A stretch of DNA of 64,000 nucleotides from an uncultured delta proteobacterium. Its GTDB lineage: Bacteria; Myxococcota; Myxococcia; Myxococcales; Anaeromyxobacteraceae. Positions within the stretch are counted from its first letter, which is position 1. The number at the start of each line of letters is the position of its first letter. The notes beneath the pieces are model-generated. The model worked only from the letters and a program-made list of their open reading frames with translations, did no database searches and had not been told where the DNA came from. Below are positions 9,972 through 19,422 of the stretch, in pieces. The stretch covers positions 448,001-512,000 of the forward strand of contig CAVYBH010000008.1 in assembly GCA_963766715.1 (NCBI GenBank). Reading direction: 5' to 3'. The translations under genes and the position numbers were made by a program.

Positions 9972-10605
9972 CTAGCGGCGAGGCGGGCGGCCCGGGCGCT
10001 CCGTCCGTTCCGCCCTCGGGGCCCTGCCGCTCCGGGTCCCGCGTTCCGTCCGCGTCGTCCTGTGTCCGGGTTCCGCGCTCCGTCCGCGTCGTCCTGTCGT
10101 TCCGCGTCGTCCGCTCCGCCCTCGGGGACCTGTCGCTGCGCTCGGTCCTCGACGTCCGGGCCGCCCGCGACATCCGCTCGGCGCGGGTGGAGCGAGCCGG
10201 CCGGTTCGCTCGTGCCAGCTCCGCGGCCTTCGCCTGGCGCTCGGCCCGCGTCGGGGCCGCGACGCGGGGGAGCGCGGGCAACGGCTCGTAGCGGGGCTTC
10301 TTCGGATGCCGCCGGTACAGGAGCAGGGTCCGGCCCAGGATCTGGGCGAGCTGGGCTCCCTCGGCGCCTGCCAGGAGCGCTTCGGCGGTCTCGAACCAAT
10401 CCTCCGGGGTCTCGGTGCCGGCCTTCACCTTCACGAGCTCGTGGTCGAGCAGCGCGCGGTCGAGCTGCCGCAGCACCGCCTCGGTCACCCCTTCCTTCCC
10501 GACCTGGACGATGGGCGAGAGATGGTGGCCTGCGCCGCGGAGCTGGCGGCGCAGGGGCGACGAGGGCATGAGCGAGCGCTTCTTCGGGTTCTTCGGATCG
10601 GGCAC
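9972..10605 (-). CDS. yhbY: YhbY/CRS1 RNA-binding protein with a long Arg-rich repetitive C-tail (probable indel ~10060; the ORF as sequenced runs to 9937)
   Basis: LRGAGHHLSPIVQVGKEGVT, HELVKVK, AQILGRTLLLYR. Confidence 0.8.
10034..10113. repeat. Imperfect tandem repeat encoding RTTRTERGTR-like units in the YhbY tail
   Basis: TCCGTCCGCGTCGTCCTGT occurs twice, plus a third partial CCGCGTCGTCC. Confidence 0.6.
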
Positions 10606-10607
10606 GT

Positions 10608-12331
10608 TCACCTCTTGAGGAAGCGGAGCTCGCGCTCCAGCTCGGGATCCTGCACCTGCTCGAGTCCCCGCTTCCAGTGGCGCTCGGCGGCGGGGAGGTC
10701 GCCGGTGATCTTGGCCATGCGGCCGAGGAAGATCCAGCCCGCCACGCACAGGGGGCTCTTCTCGAGCGCTGCGGCGATGCCCTTCTCCGACACCGCCCTC
10801 TGGGAGCGGCGCTGCACGTCGGGCGCGACCAGGAACTCGAGCCAGCTCTTCCACACGTGGTACTCGGGCTCCTCGTCGTAGAGGGCGATGGCCTCGTTCA
10901 CCTTCTGGAGCGCCTCGGCGTAGGAGCGGGATCCGACGAGGGACGCCACCTTCTCGAACGCCTGCTCGGCCTGGTAGATGCGGCCGATGTCGACCTGGGC
11001 GCCCTTCCCGGTGCGGAGCTCCTCCAGGTAGGCGAGCCGCGCCGCGTCGTTCTCGAGGGCCGCCCAGGCCGCCGCCACCCGCGCGAAGATGTCGGCGCGC
11101 AGCGCCCTCGCCTCCTCCGGCTCGCCCTCCTTGGCGGCGTCGGGGTGGAAGGTGCGCGCCAGCTGGAAGTAGGCCGCCTTGATGCGCCCGGCGTCGGCGT
11201 CCCGGCCGACGCCCAGGACCTGGAAGTGGTCGGCGCCGTGGAGGCGGTCGGCGGCGGCGCGGAGCGACTCGAGGGTGGGCGCTTCCGCGGGCGCCGGCTT
11301 CGGGGGCGGCCCCTTCGAGGCGGGAGCCGCCGCAGGGCGCGGCGCCGGGCTCGGGGGAGCGGCCGGGGCCCGCGCCGGGGCGACGGCGCCGGAGCCGGAG
11401 GGCGCGGGGGAGCGGCCGCGGGCGCCGGAGGGGGAGGCGCGGCCCGGGGCGGGGTCGGAGCGGGCTTCGCGACCCCGATGCGGGGCTCGCCGAAGGTCGC
11501 GAGCTCGGTCTCCGCGAGCAGCAGCACCACCCGCCGGAGCGCGTCGGCGTCGGCCGGGGAGGCGGCGCAGAGCTCCTCCAGGCTGCGCACCCCGTCGATC
11601 TGGCTGGCGGCCCTGGCCTCCTGCGGGTTCAGCATCAGGTCGGGCAGGTCCACGCGCCCGCGGGCGCGCGCCATCGCCAGCGCCCCGCGCACGCCCAGGC
11701 GCGCCTGGACCGCCGCCGGGTCGAGCCGGCGAACCGCGTCGGTGAGGATTCCCCACCGGCTGCCGATCGGGAAGCCGAACGGGGGCGGGGGAACGCCGGG
11801 CTCCCAGCGCCAGTTCCCGCCCTCGGCCTGGAGGGCCAGCCAGACCAGCCCGGCCCCGTGCTCCTTCAGGTCCAGGAACCGGGCCGCCGGGTCGAGCAGG
11901 CGCAGCTCCACGAGCGCCCCCAGGACCTCTCCGTCGAAGGTGGGCGCGAGCTGCCGGGCGTCCGCGGCCTGCTCCGCCCCGAGGAGGCCCCGGCGGACCA
12001 GGAACCCGGCCAGGTCGTCCTGCTCCCGGCTCGAGTAGACGTGCTCGACGATGCCGCGCCGGTAGGTGAGCGCCCAGGTGTTCTCGCCCACCGACACGAC
12101 GAGCCGCCCGGAGGCCTGCGTCGAGGCGGCGAGGTAGTGGAGGTGGAGGGCGCTCTTCTCGAGGAGGGAGCCCTCGATCGGAAGCCCGGCCGCGATGGCG
12201 GAGGCCGCGGTGACCTCCGGGGCGGAGAGACCGTGGCTGGCGCCGGGCGCCGGCGGCGCGGGAGGCGTCGCCGGGGCCCGCTGAAGGACCGGCGGACCCG
12301 GTCCGTTCGCGCTTTTCGGCTCGCCGCTCAC
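10608..12331 (-). CDS. Multidomain J-domain protein (DUF4388-like N-terminus, Pro/Ala linker, DnaJ domain, TPR C-terminus); frameshift ~11450
   Basis: DHFQVLGV...IKAAYFQLARTFHPD J-domain; N-terminal LAGFLVRRGLL / GNWRWEPG region; helical repeats at the C-end. Confidence 0.78.
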
Positions 12332-12337
12332 CGGCGG

Positions 12338-14190
12338 CTAGACTACCACCGTCTCCCGGTACTCGCCGAAGACGTCGCGCATCGCGTCGGAGATCTCGCC
12401 CAGGGTGGCGCTGGCCTTCACCGCGGCCAGGATGAGGGGCATCAGGTTGTCGGTGCCCTTCGCACCCGCGCGCACCGCGTCGACCGCCTGCTTCGCCGCG
12501 GTGTTGTCGCGCCGGGCCCGCAGCGCCTTCACGCGGGCGACCTGGGCCGCCTCGAGCGCCGGGTCGACGCGCATCACCGTCACCGGCGGCTCGGCCGTCT
12601 TGTAGGCGTTCACGCCCACCACCACCTGCTCCTTGTCCTCGACCTGCCGCTGCCAGGCGTAGGCGGCGTCCTGGATCTCCCGCTGCACGAACCCCTGGGA
12701 GATGGCCTCGACCATGCCGCCCATCGCGTCGATCTTGGCGATGTAGTCGACGGCCTTCCCCTCGATCTCGTCGGTCATGGCCTCGATGGCCCACGAGCCG
12801 CCCAGCGGGTCGATCACGTCGGCGACCCCCGACTCGTTGGCGATGATCTGCTGGGTGCGCAGCGCCAGCAGCGCGGACGACTCGGTGGGGAGCCCCAGCG
12901 CCTCGTCGCGCGAGTTGGTGTGGAGCGACTGCGTCCCGCCCAGCACCGCCGCGAGCGCCTGGAGCGTGACGCGGACCACGTTGTTCTCGGGCTGCTGCGC
13001 GGTGAGCATCGAGCCGGCCGTCTGGGTGTGGAAGCGCAGCATCCAGGAGCGCGGGTCCTTGGCCTTGAACCGCTCCTTCATGATGCGGGCCCAGAGGCGG
13101 CGGGCGGCGCGGAACTTGGCCACCTCCTCGAGCACGTTGTTGTGGGCGTTGAAGAAGAAGGAGAGGCGCCCGGCGAAGTCGTCGACGTCGAGGCCGGCCT
13201 TCTCGGCCGCCTCCACGTAGCTGATGCCGTCGGCCAGCGTGAAGGCCACCTCCTGCACGGCGGTCGAGCCGGCCTCGCGGATGTGGTAGCCGGAGATGGA
13301 GATGGGGTTCCACTTGGGCATCACCTTCGCGGTGTAGGCGAAGATGTCGGTGATGATGCGGATCGACGGCCGGGGCGGGTACACGTAGGTCCCGCGGGCC
13401 GCGTACTCCTTCAGGATGTCGTTCTGGATGGTGCCCTGCAGCTCGGAGGCGGCCACGCCCTGCTTCTCGGCCACGGCCTGGTAGAGGGCGAGCAGGATCC
13501 CGGCCGTCGAGTTGATGGTCATCGACGTGGAGACCTTCCCGAGCGGGATCTGGTCGAAGAGCGTCCCCATGTCGTCGATCGAGTCGATGGCCACGCCCAC
13601 CTTGCCCACCTCGCCGAGCGCGCGGGGGTGATCGGAGTCGCGCCCCATCTGCGTGGGGAGGTCGAAGGCCACCGACAGGCCGGTCTGCCCGGACTGGAGC
13701 AGGTAGCGGTAGCGCTTGTTCGACTCCTCGGCGGTCCCGAAGCCGGCGTACTGCCGCATGGTCCAGAACCGGCCGCGGTACATCGTGGGCTGTACACCCC
13801 GGGTGAACGGGTAGTCGCCGGGGAAGCCGAGCCGGCCGTCGAGGCCGGGCGAGACGTCGTCCGGCCCGTAGACCGGCTGGAGCGTGCCGCCGCTCGTGGT
13901 CCGGAAGCCCTTCTTGCGCTCGGGCGCCTTCGCGACGGCCTTGGCGTAGGGACCGGCGAGCCAGGCCTTCCCGGCGGACGCGCCCGCCTTCGGAGCGGAC
14001 GCGGCGCGGGGGGCGTGGCCTTCGTGCGGCCTTGGGCGGCCTTCGGTGCGGCCTTCGGGGCCGGCTTCGACCTCGGCAGGGCCTTCGCGCGGGGCGCGGC
14101 CTTCCGCGCCGCCTTCGGGGCGGGCTTGCGTGCGGCCTTCGCCGCGGGACGGGGGGCTGCCTTGCGTGCCGGGGAACGCTTCTTCGCCAT
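12338..14190 (-). CDS. Methylmalonyl-CoA mutase substrate-binding subunit (no B12 domain) with a Lys/Ala/Pro-rich N-extension; frameshift ~14005
   Basis: [65 protein letters not shown] before the ATG at 14190. Confidence 0.88.
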
Positions 14191-14369
14191 GGTGATGCCT
14201 CCGCTCTTGCCCGAGGGTCGCCAACGGGGGCGCCGCCCTCCACCGGGCTGGCCAAGATACCGAGAGCCAGCGGGGGGCGTCTACCGCCAAAGGTGCAACG
14301 CCTCGCGTCATCGGAGGGCCCCGCGAGGCCCCCTTCCCCGCCCCCGGCGACCCGTGCTACCCGGGCCCC

Positions 14370-15570
14370 ATGCGAATCCTCGTCGCCGATGCGTTCCCGA
14401 AGGAGCGGCTGGACGACTTCCGGGCCCTGGGGCTCGAGGTCGACCACCAGCCGACGGTAGCGGTGAAGGACCTTCCCGCCGCGGCCCGCGAGGCCCGGGT
14501 CCTGGTGGTCCGGGGCAAGCAGGTCCCGGCCGAGGTCTTCGCCTGCGGCGCACGCGCTGTCGCTCGTGGTGCGGGCCGGCGCCGGGGTGAACACCATCGA
14601 CGTGCCGGCGGCGTCGCGGCGCGGCGTCTTCGTGGCCAACTGCCCGGGACAGAACTCGATCGCGGTCGCCGAGCTGGCCATCGGGCTGCTCGTGGCGCTC
14701 GACCGGCGCATCCCGGACAACGTGGCGCTCCTGCGCGCCGGCAAGTGGGACAAGAAGGGGTTCTCCGAGGCGGACGGCCTCTACGGGCGGACGCTGGGCG
14801 TCGCCGGGCTGGGCGCCATCGGCCGGGAAGTGGTCCGCCGCGCCCAGGCGCTGGGGATGAAGGTCGTCGCCTGGTCCCGGTCGCTCGACGACGCGAAGGC
14901 GAAGGAGCTCGGGGTGGAGCGGGCGGGCGACCTGGCCGAGCTCGCCCGGCGATCGCACGCCCTGTCGATCCACCTGCCGCTCTCGAAGGACACGCGGGGG
15001 GCCGTCTCCCGCGCGGTGCTCGAGGCGCTCCGGCCGGGGGGCATCTTCCTCAACACGGCCCGGGCCGAGGTGGTGGACCAGGAGGCGCTCCTCGAGCTGG
15101 CGCGGGCCGGGCGCATCCGGGTGGGGACCGACGTCTTCCCCGGCGAGCCGGAGAAGGGCCAGGCCGACTTCGACAGCGAGCTGGGCAAGCTGCCCAACGT
15201 CTACGGCACCCACCACATCGGCGCGTCGACCGCCCAGGCCCAGGACGCCATCGCGCGGGAGACGGTCCGCATCGTCGAGTCGTTCCTGCGGACGGGACGG
15301 GTCCCCAACTGCGTGAACGTGGCCCGCAGGACGCCGGCCCGGGCGCGGCTCGTGGTCCGGCACCTCGACAAGGTGGGCGTCCTCGCCAACGTCCTCGGGC
15401 TCATCCGGGAGGCCGGCATCAACGTCGAGGAGGTGCAGAACACGGTGTTCGAGGAGGCGCAGGCCGCCTCGTGCTCCATCGACCTCGACGAGAAGCCCCC
15501 GGCCGAGGTGCTGGAGCGGATCCGGTCCCGGAAGGACGAGATCCTCTTCGTGGACCTGGTCGATCTGTAG
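14370..15570 (+). CDS. serA: D-3-phosphoglycerate dehydrogenase-like enzyme with C-terminal ACT domain; frameshift ~14545
   Basis: RAGAGVNTID, GLGAIG, NTARAEVVD, THHIGASTAQAQ, HLDKVGVLA. Confidence 0.85.
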
Positions 15571-15698
15571 GTGGCGGCCGACAGGGGTCCGCCGCGACTC
15601 GGAGTACGCGTCGACCTTACCCAAGCGCCGGATGGCTGAAATCCGGGGCACCTGGGATCGTTCCTCCTGCGCCTCGGTCCACGCCAGGAGGAAGAACG

Positions 15699-17729
15699 AT
15701 GACACGTGCCTCGAATGTGTCTCTCGCCACCCTGCTCGTCCTCCTGTCCGGCCTCTCCGCCGCCGGGTGCGGCGGATCGGGCGGCAGCACGCCGGTGATC
15801 CGCTCCATCGCCGTCAGTCCCGCCCCTCCCCGGCTCCTGGCCGGCGGCACGCTGCAGCTCGTGGCCACCGCCACCTGGTCGGACGGGAAGACCACCGACG
15901 TGACCTCCACGGTGGCGTGGACCTCCTCGGAACCCGTCGTGACGGTGAGCTCCTCCGGCCTCGCCGCGACGGCCGCCGCGACGCCGCTCGGGACGCCCTC
16001 CACGGTGACGGCCACCCAGGCCGGCACCGCCGGGACCGGGGCCCTGCAGGTGGCTCGCGCCCCGGCCATCGGGGTCGCGCTCTCCAACGACCCGCTGTCG
16101 GCGTCGGAGTGGTACCTGGACAACACGGGCCAGAAGGCCTACGCCGACGCCGTCGGGCTGGCCGGCATGGACCTGCGGGTCTCGAACGCCTACTCGCTCG
16201 GGATCTCGGGCGCCGGCGTCAAGGTGGCCGTGCTCGACACCGGCCTCCAGATCGGCCACGAGGACCTGGCGGCGAACGTCGTCCCGGGCTCCTGGAACTT
16301 CGTGAACGACACCGCCGACCCGACCCCTCCCGCCGACCAGGTGGGCGGGGATCACGGGACGAGCGTCAGCGGCATCGTCGCCATGGTGTACGGCAACTCG
16401 CTGGGCGGCATGGGCGTCGCGTCCCGCGCCTCGCTGAACGGCTACAACATCCTCGGGAAACAGACCCAGGTGAACTACCTGAAGGCGATGGGCGCCTCCT
16501 CGGCCAGCCCGGCCTCCAGCGACGTCTGGGTCTTCAACGAGAGCTACGGCACCGACTCCCTCTCTCCCGCTCCCGTCAACCCGGCGATCGAGGCCCAGTA
16601 CCTGGCCGGCGTGACCGACCTCCGCGGCGGCAAGGGCGCCCTGTACGTGAAGTCGGCGGGGAACGGCTTCCTGGACTTCAAGGACGACAACGACGTGCCA
16701 GCCGACTGCGTCGCGGCCAAGGCCCTCGGCGTCACCTGCCAGAACGCCAACATGGAGGGGGAGAACGCGTTGCCGTACGTGATCGTCGTGGGGGCGACGA
16801 ACGCCCTGGGGCTGCGGAGCAGCTACTCCACCGCCGGATCGGCCCTGTGGGTGAGCGCGCCCGGAGGGGAGTACGGCCGGAACGCGAGCACGTTCGGCAC
16901 CGGCTACCCGGCCTTCGTCTACCAGCCGGCGATGGTCACGACCGACCTCATGGGCTGCACCTCCGGCTACGCGCGGAGCGACAGCGACTGGAGCCCCTTC
17001 AACAAGGGGCAGGTCGACAACGCGAGCTGCAACTACGCCAACACCTTCAACGGCACCTCGTCGGCGGCGCCCTCCACCACCGGCTCGATCGCGCTCCTCC
17101 TCGAGGCGCGCCCCGCCCTCACCTGGCGCGAGGTGAAGCACATCCTCGCCTCCACCGCCCGGCGCGTCGACCCGGCCATCCAGGCGGTGACCGTGCCCCT
17201 CACCGGCGGCACGTACGTCGCCGAGCAGGCCTGGACGGCGAACCGGGCCGGGTTCTACTTCCACGACTGGTACGGGTTCGGCGCGGTGGACGTCGACGCC
17301 GCCGTGGAGATGGCCCGGACCTTCGTGGCCGGCTCGCTCGGCGCCTTCCAGCAGATCGCCTGGGTCGCGAGCGCTCCGCTCTCCCTCGCCATCCCCGACG
17401 CCAGCGCGGTCGGCGTCACCTCGACGCTCACGGTCCCGGCGACGCCTGCGAACCTCACCATCGAGGCGGTCCAGATCCAGTTCACGGCGTCCCACCCGGC
17501 TCCGGGGAACCTCGGGATCCTGCTCCAGAGCCCGTCCGGCACCACCAGCATCCTCCTCAACATCCGCAACGGCTTCGCGCCGGCCACGGGGGCGACCCAG
17601 ATGGTCCTCCTCTCCAACGCCTTCTACGGCGAGAGCGCCGCGGGGGTGTGGACCCTCAAGGTGGTGGATGGACTGGCGCAGGACGTCGGGACGTTCGACA
17701 GCTGGAAGATCCGCGTCTTCGGACACTGA
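15699..17729 (+). CDS. Kexin-like S8 serine protease lipoprotein (Ig-like domain, catalytic domain, P-domain)
   Basis: Lipobox AAG-C; Big_2-like TLQLVATATWSDG..DVTSTVAWTSS; triad VLDTG / DHGTSVSG / NGTSSAAP; SAGN; YGFGAVD; P-domain FYGESAAGVWTLKVVD. Confidence 0.9.
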   Translation: MTRASNVSLATLLVLLSGLSAAGCGGSGGSTPVIRSIAVSPAPPRLLAGGTLQLVATATWSDGKTTDVTSTVAWTSSEPVVTVSSSGLAATAAATPLGTPSTVTATQAGTAGTGALQVARAPAIGVALSNDPLSASEWYLDNTGQKAYADAVGLAGMDLRVSNAYSLGISGAGVKVAVLDTGLQIGHEDLAANVVPGSWNFVNDTADPTPPADQVGGDHGTSVSGIVAMVYGNSLGGMGVASRASLNGYNILGKQTQVNYLKAMGASSASPASSDVWVFNESYGTDSLSPAPVNPAIEAQYLAGVTDLRGGKGALYVKSAGNGFLDFKDDNDVPADCVAAKALGVTCQNANMEGENALPYVIVVGATNALGLRSSYSTAGSALWVSAPGGEYGRNASTFGTGYPAFVYQPAMVTTDLMGCTSGYARSDSDWSPFNKGQVDNASCNYANTFNGTSSAAPSTTGSIALLLEARPALTWREVKHILASTARRVDPAIQAVTVPLTGGTYVAEQAWTANRAGFYFHDWYGFGAVDVDAAVEMARTFVAGSLGAFQQIAWVASAPLSLAIPDASAVGVTSTLTVPATPANLTIEAVQIQFTASHPAPGNLGILLQSPSGTTSILLNIRNGFAPATGATQMVLLSNAFYGESAAGVWTLKVVDGLAQDVGTFDSWKIRVFGH

Positions 17730-17742
17730 CAGGAGAAATGCC

Positions 17743-18363
17743 ATGAACGTCAGCACGTGGAAGCTCGCCGTGGCCGCGCTCGCCCTCCTGCCGGCGATGG
17801 CCTCCGGCGCCGAACCGGGTCCCCAGGGCCTGTCGCTCCAGGCACGGGCGTCCCTCGTCGAGGGCTCGGCCAAGGGAGCACCGTTCCAGAGCGCCGGACA
17901 GACCTACCGGATGGTGGGCGGCCTGCGGGCCACGCTGCTCGCTCCGGGCTCGACGGTGGACCAGGGGCTCGCGACGGCGCGGGCGGCCCCGGAGAACCTC
18001 GTGGAGGTGAAGGGCCCGTACCTCGTGTACCGGGAATCGGCGGAGAAGGCCCTGGCCGTCGTCCCCGCGGCGGCGATGGTGGACCAGGCCCGGACCTTGC
18101 CCGTGGTCGTCAACACCCGGACCGGCCGCCTGGGCGTGGCGGCCAGCGTCCTCGTGGTGAAGCTCGCCGACGTCGAGGCGGCCCAGGCGCTCGCGGCCGC
18201 GACCGGCCTCGAGCTCGACTTCGTGGCCGACCGCATCGGCTACGCCTTCTTCCGCGTTCCCGACGGCCGGGACCTCCTGGGCGCCGCGGCGGCGATGGCC
18301 GGGGATCGGCGGGTGACCTCGGCGGAGATCGAGGTCCGGGAGCACTTCGCGGTCCCGCGGTAG
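17743..18363 (+). CDS. Secreted protein resembling the external chaperone (ORF2) of Aeromonas ASP-type proteases
   Basis: Signal peptide; VVVNTRTGRLGV..VLVVKL and terminal AEIEVREHFAVPR; starts 13 bp after the protease stop, with an AGGAG RBS. Confidence 0.65.
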   Translation: MNVSTWKLAVAALALLPAMASGAEPGPQGLSLQARASLVEGSAKGAPFQSAGQTYRMVGGLRATLLAPGSTVDQGLATARAAPENLVEVKGPYLVYRESAEKALAVVPAAAMVDQARTLPVVVNTRTGRLGVAASVLVVKLADVEAAQALAAATGLELDFVADRIGYAFFRVPDGRDLLGAAAAMAGDRRVTSAEIEVREHFAVPR

Positions 18364-18372
18364 CCGTGGCCC

Positions 18373-19422
18373 TCAGCGCAGCGACTCGTTCACCTCGTCG
18401 AGCACGGCGCGAGGCGGCCGGACCGCGTCCTCGGGCAGCGTGGCCAGCGGCGCGTCCACGGTGCCCAGCCGGGTGAGGAAGTCGGGCGCGCCGGCGTCGA
18501 CGTAGAGGAGGCCGGTGAGGACCTTCCCCTCCCCGGCCGACTCCATGAGCCGGGCCACGGCGCGGGACCGGCTGGACGGATCGTAGTCGGGCTCGAGCTT
18601 CCGGAGCTGGAGGTGCGAGCCGTCGTGAAGGCGGACGTCGATGGTCGTGCCCGGCTCGTAGTCGACCCGGATCTCCTCGAACCGGGGCACGAAGGAGAGC
18701 TCCTGGAGCGGCTCGTCGTGCTCCTTCATGTAGGCGTAGCTCTTGGTCGACCCCTCGTGGTCGTTGAACGTCACGCAGGGGCTCACCACGTCCAGGAAGG
18801 CCGTCCCCCGGTGGACGAGCGCCGCCTGGAGCATCGCGGAGAGCTGCTTCTTGTCCCCGGAGAAGCTGCGGCCGACGAAGGTGGCGCCGAGCTGGATGGC
18901 CAGCGCGCAGGTGTCGATGGCCGGAAGGTCGGCCACCGCGCCGGTCTTGAGCAGCGACCCGGCGTCGGCCGTGGCCGAGAACTGCCCCTTGGTGAGGCCG
19001 TACACGCCGTTGTTCTCGACCACGTAGACCATGGGCAGGTTCCGCCGCATGAGGTGGACGAACTGGCCGACGCCGATGGAGGCGGTGTCGCCGTCGCCGG
19101 AGACCCCGAGCGCGAGCAGCGTCCGGTTGGCGAGGAGCGCGCCGGTGGCCACCGACGGCATGCGGCCGTGCACCGAGTTGAAGGCGTGGCTGCGCCCCAG
19201 GAAGTAGGCCGGGCTCTTCGAGCTGCACCCGATGCCCGAGAACTTGGCGATCTGCTCCTGGGCGATTCCCAGGTGGAAGCAGGCCTCGAGGATCCGCTCG
19301 GAGACGGCGTTGTGGCCGCAGCCGGCGCACAGGGTGGTCTTCCCTCCGCGGTAGTCGACCACGGTGAGGCCGATGCGGTTCGTGCGGGGCGGGGCGACGG
19401 TGGCGGTGCCGGGTGCGGCCAT
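18373..19422 (-). CDS. korB: 2-oxoacid:ferredoxin oxidoreductase beta subunit
   Basis: LCAGCGH, SGIGCSSK, VHGR, SGDGD..ENNGVYGLTKGQ (TPP motif), SPCVTFN. Confidence 0.92.
   Translation of the reverse strand: MAAPGTATVAPPRTNRIGLTVVDYRGGKTTLCAGCGHNAVSERILEACFHLGIAQEQIAKFSGIGCSSKSPAYFLGRSHAFNSVHGRMPSVATGALLANRTLLALGVSGDGDTASIGVGQFVHLMRRNLPMVYVVENNGVYGLTKGQFSATADAGSLLKTGAVADLPAIDTCALAIQLGATFVGRSFSGDKKQLSAMLQAALVHRGTAFLDVVSPCVTFNDHEGSTKSYAYMKEHDEPLQELSFVPRFEEIRVDYEPGTTIDVRLHDGSHLQLRKLEPDYDPSSRSRAVARLMESAGEGKVLTGLLYVDAGAPDFLTRLGTVDAPLATLPEDAVRPPRAVLDEVNESLR

Noticed and set aside
15621..15657. Imperfect hairpin between serA and the S8 protease
   Set aside because: No U-tract or recognisable RNA family, and such stems are expected by chance at this GC content
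14370..17729. 1119-aa dehydrogenase-protease fusion ORF
   Set aside because: The serA frameshift runs through off-frame sequence into a protease that has its own RBS and signal peptide
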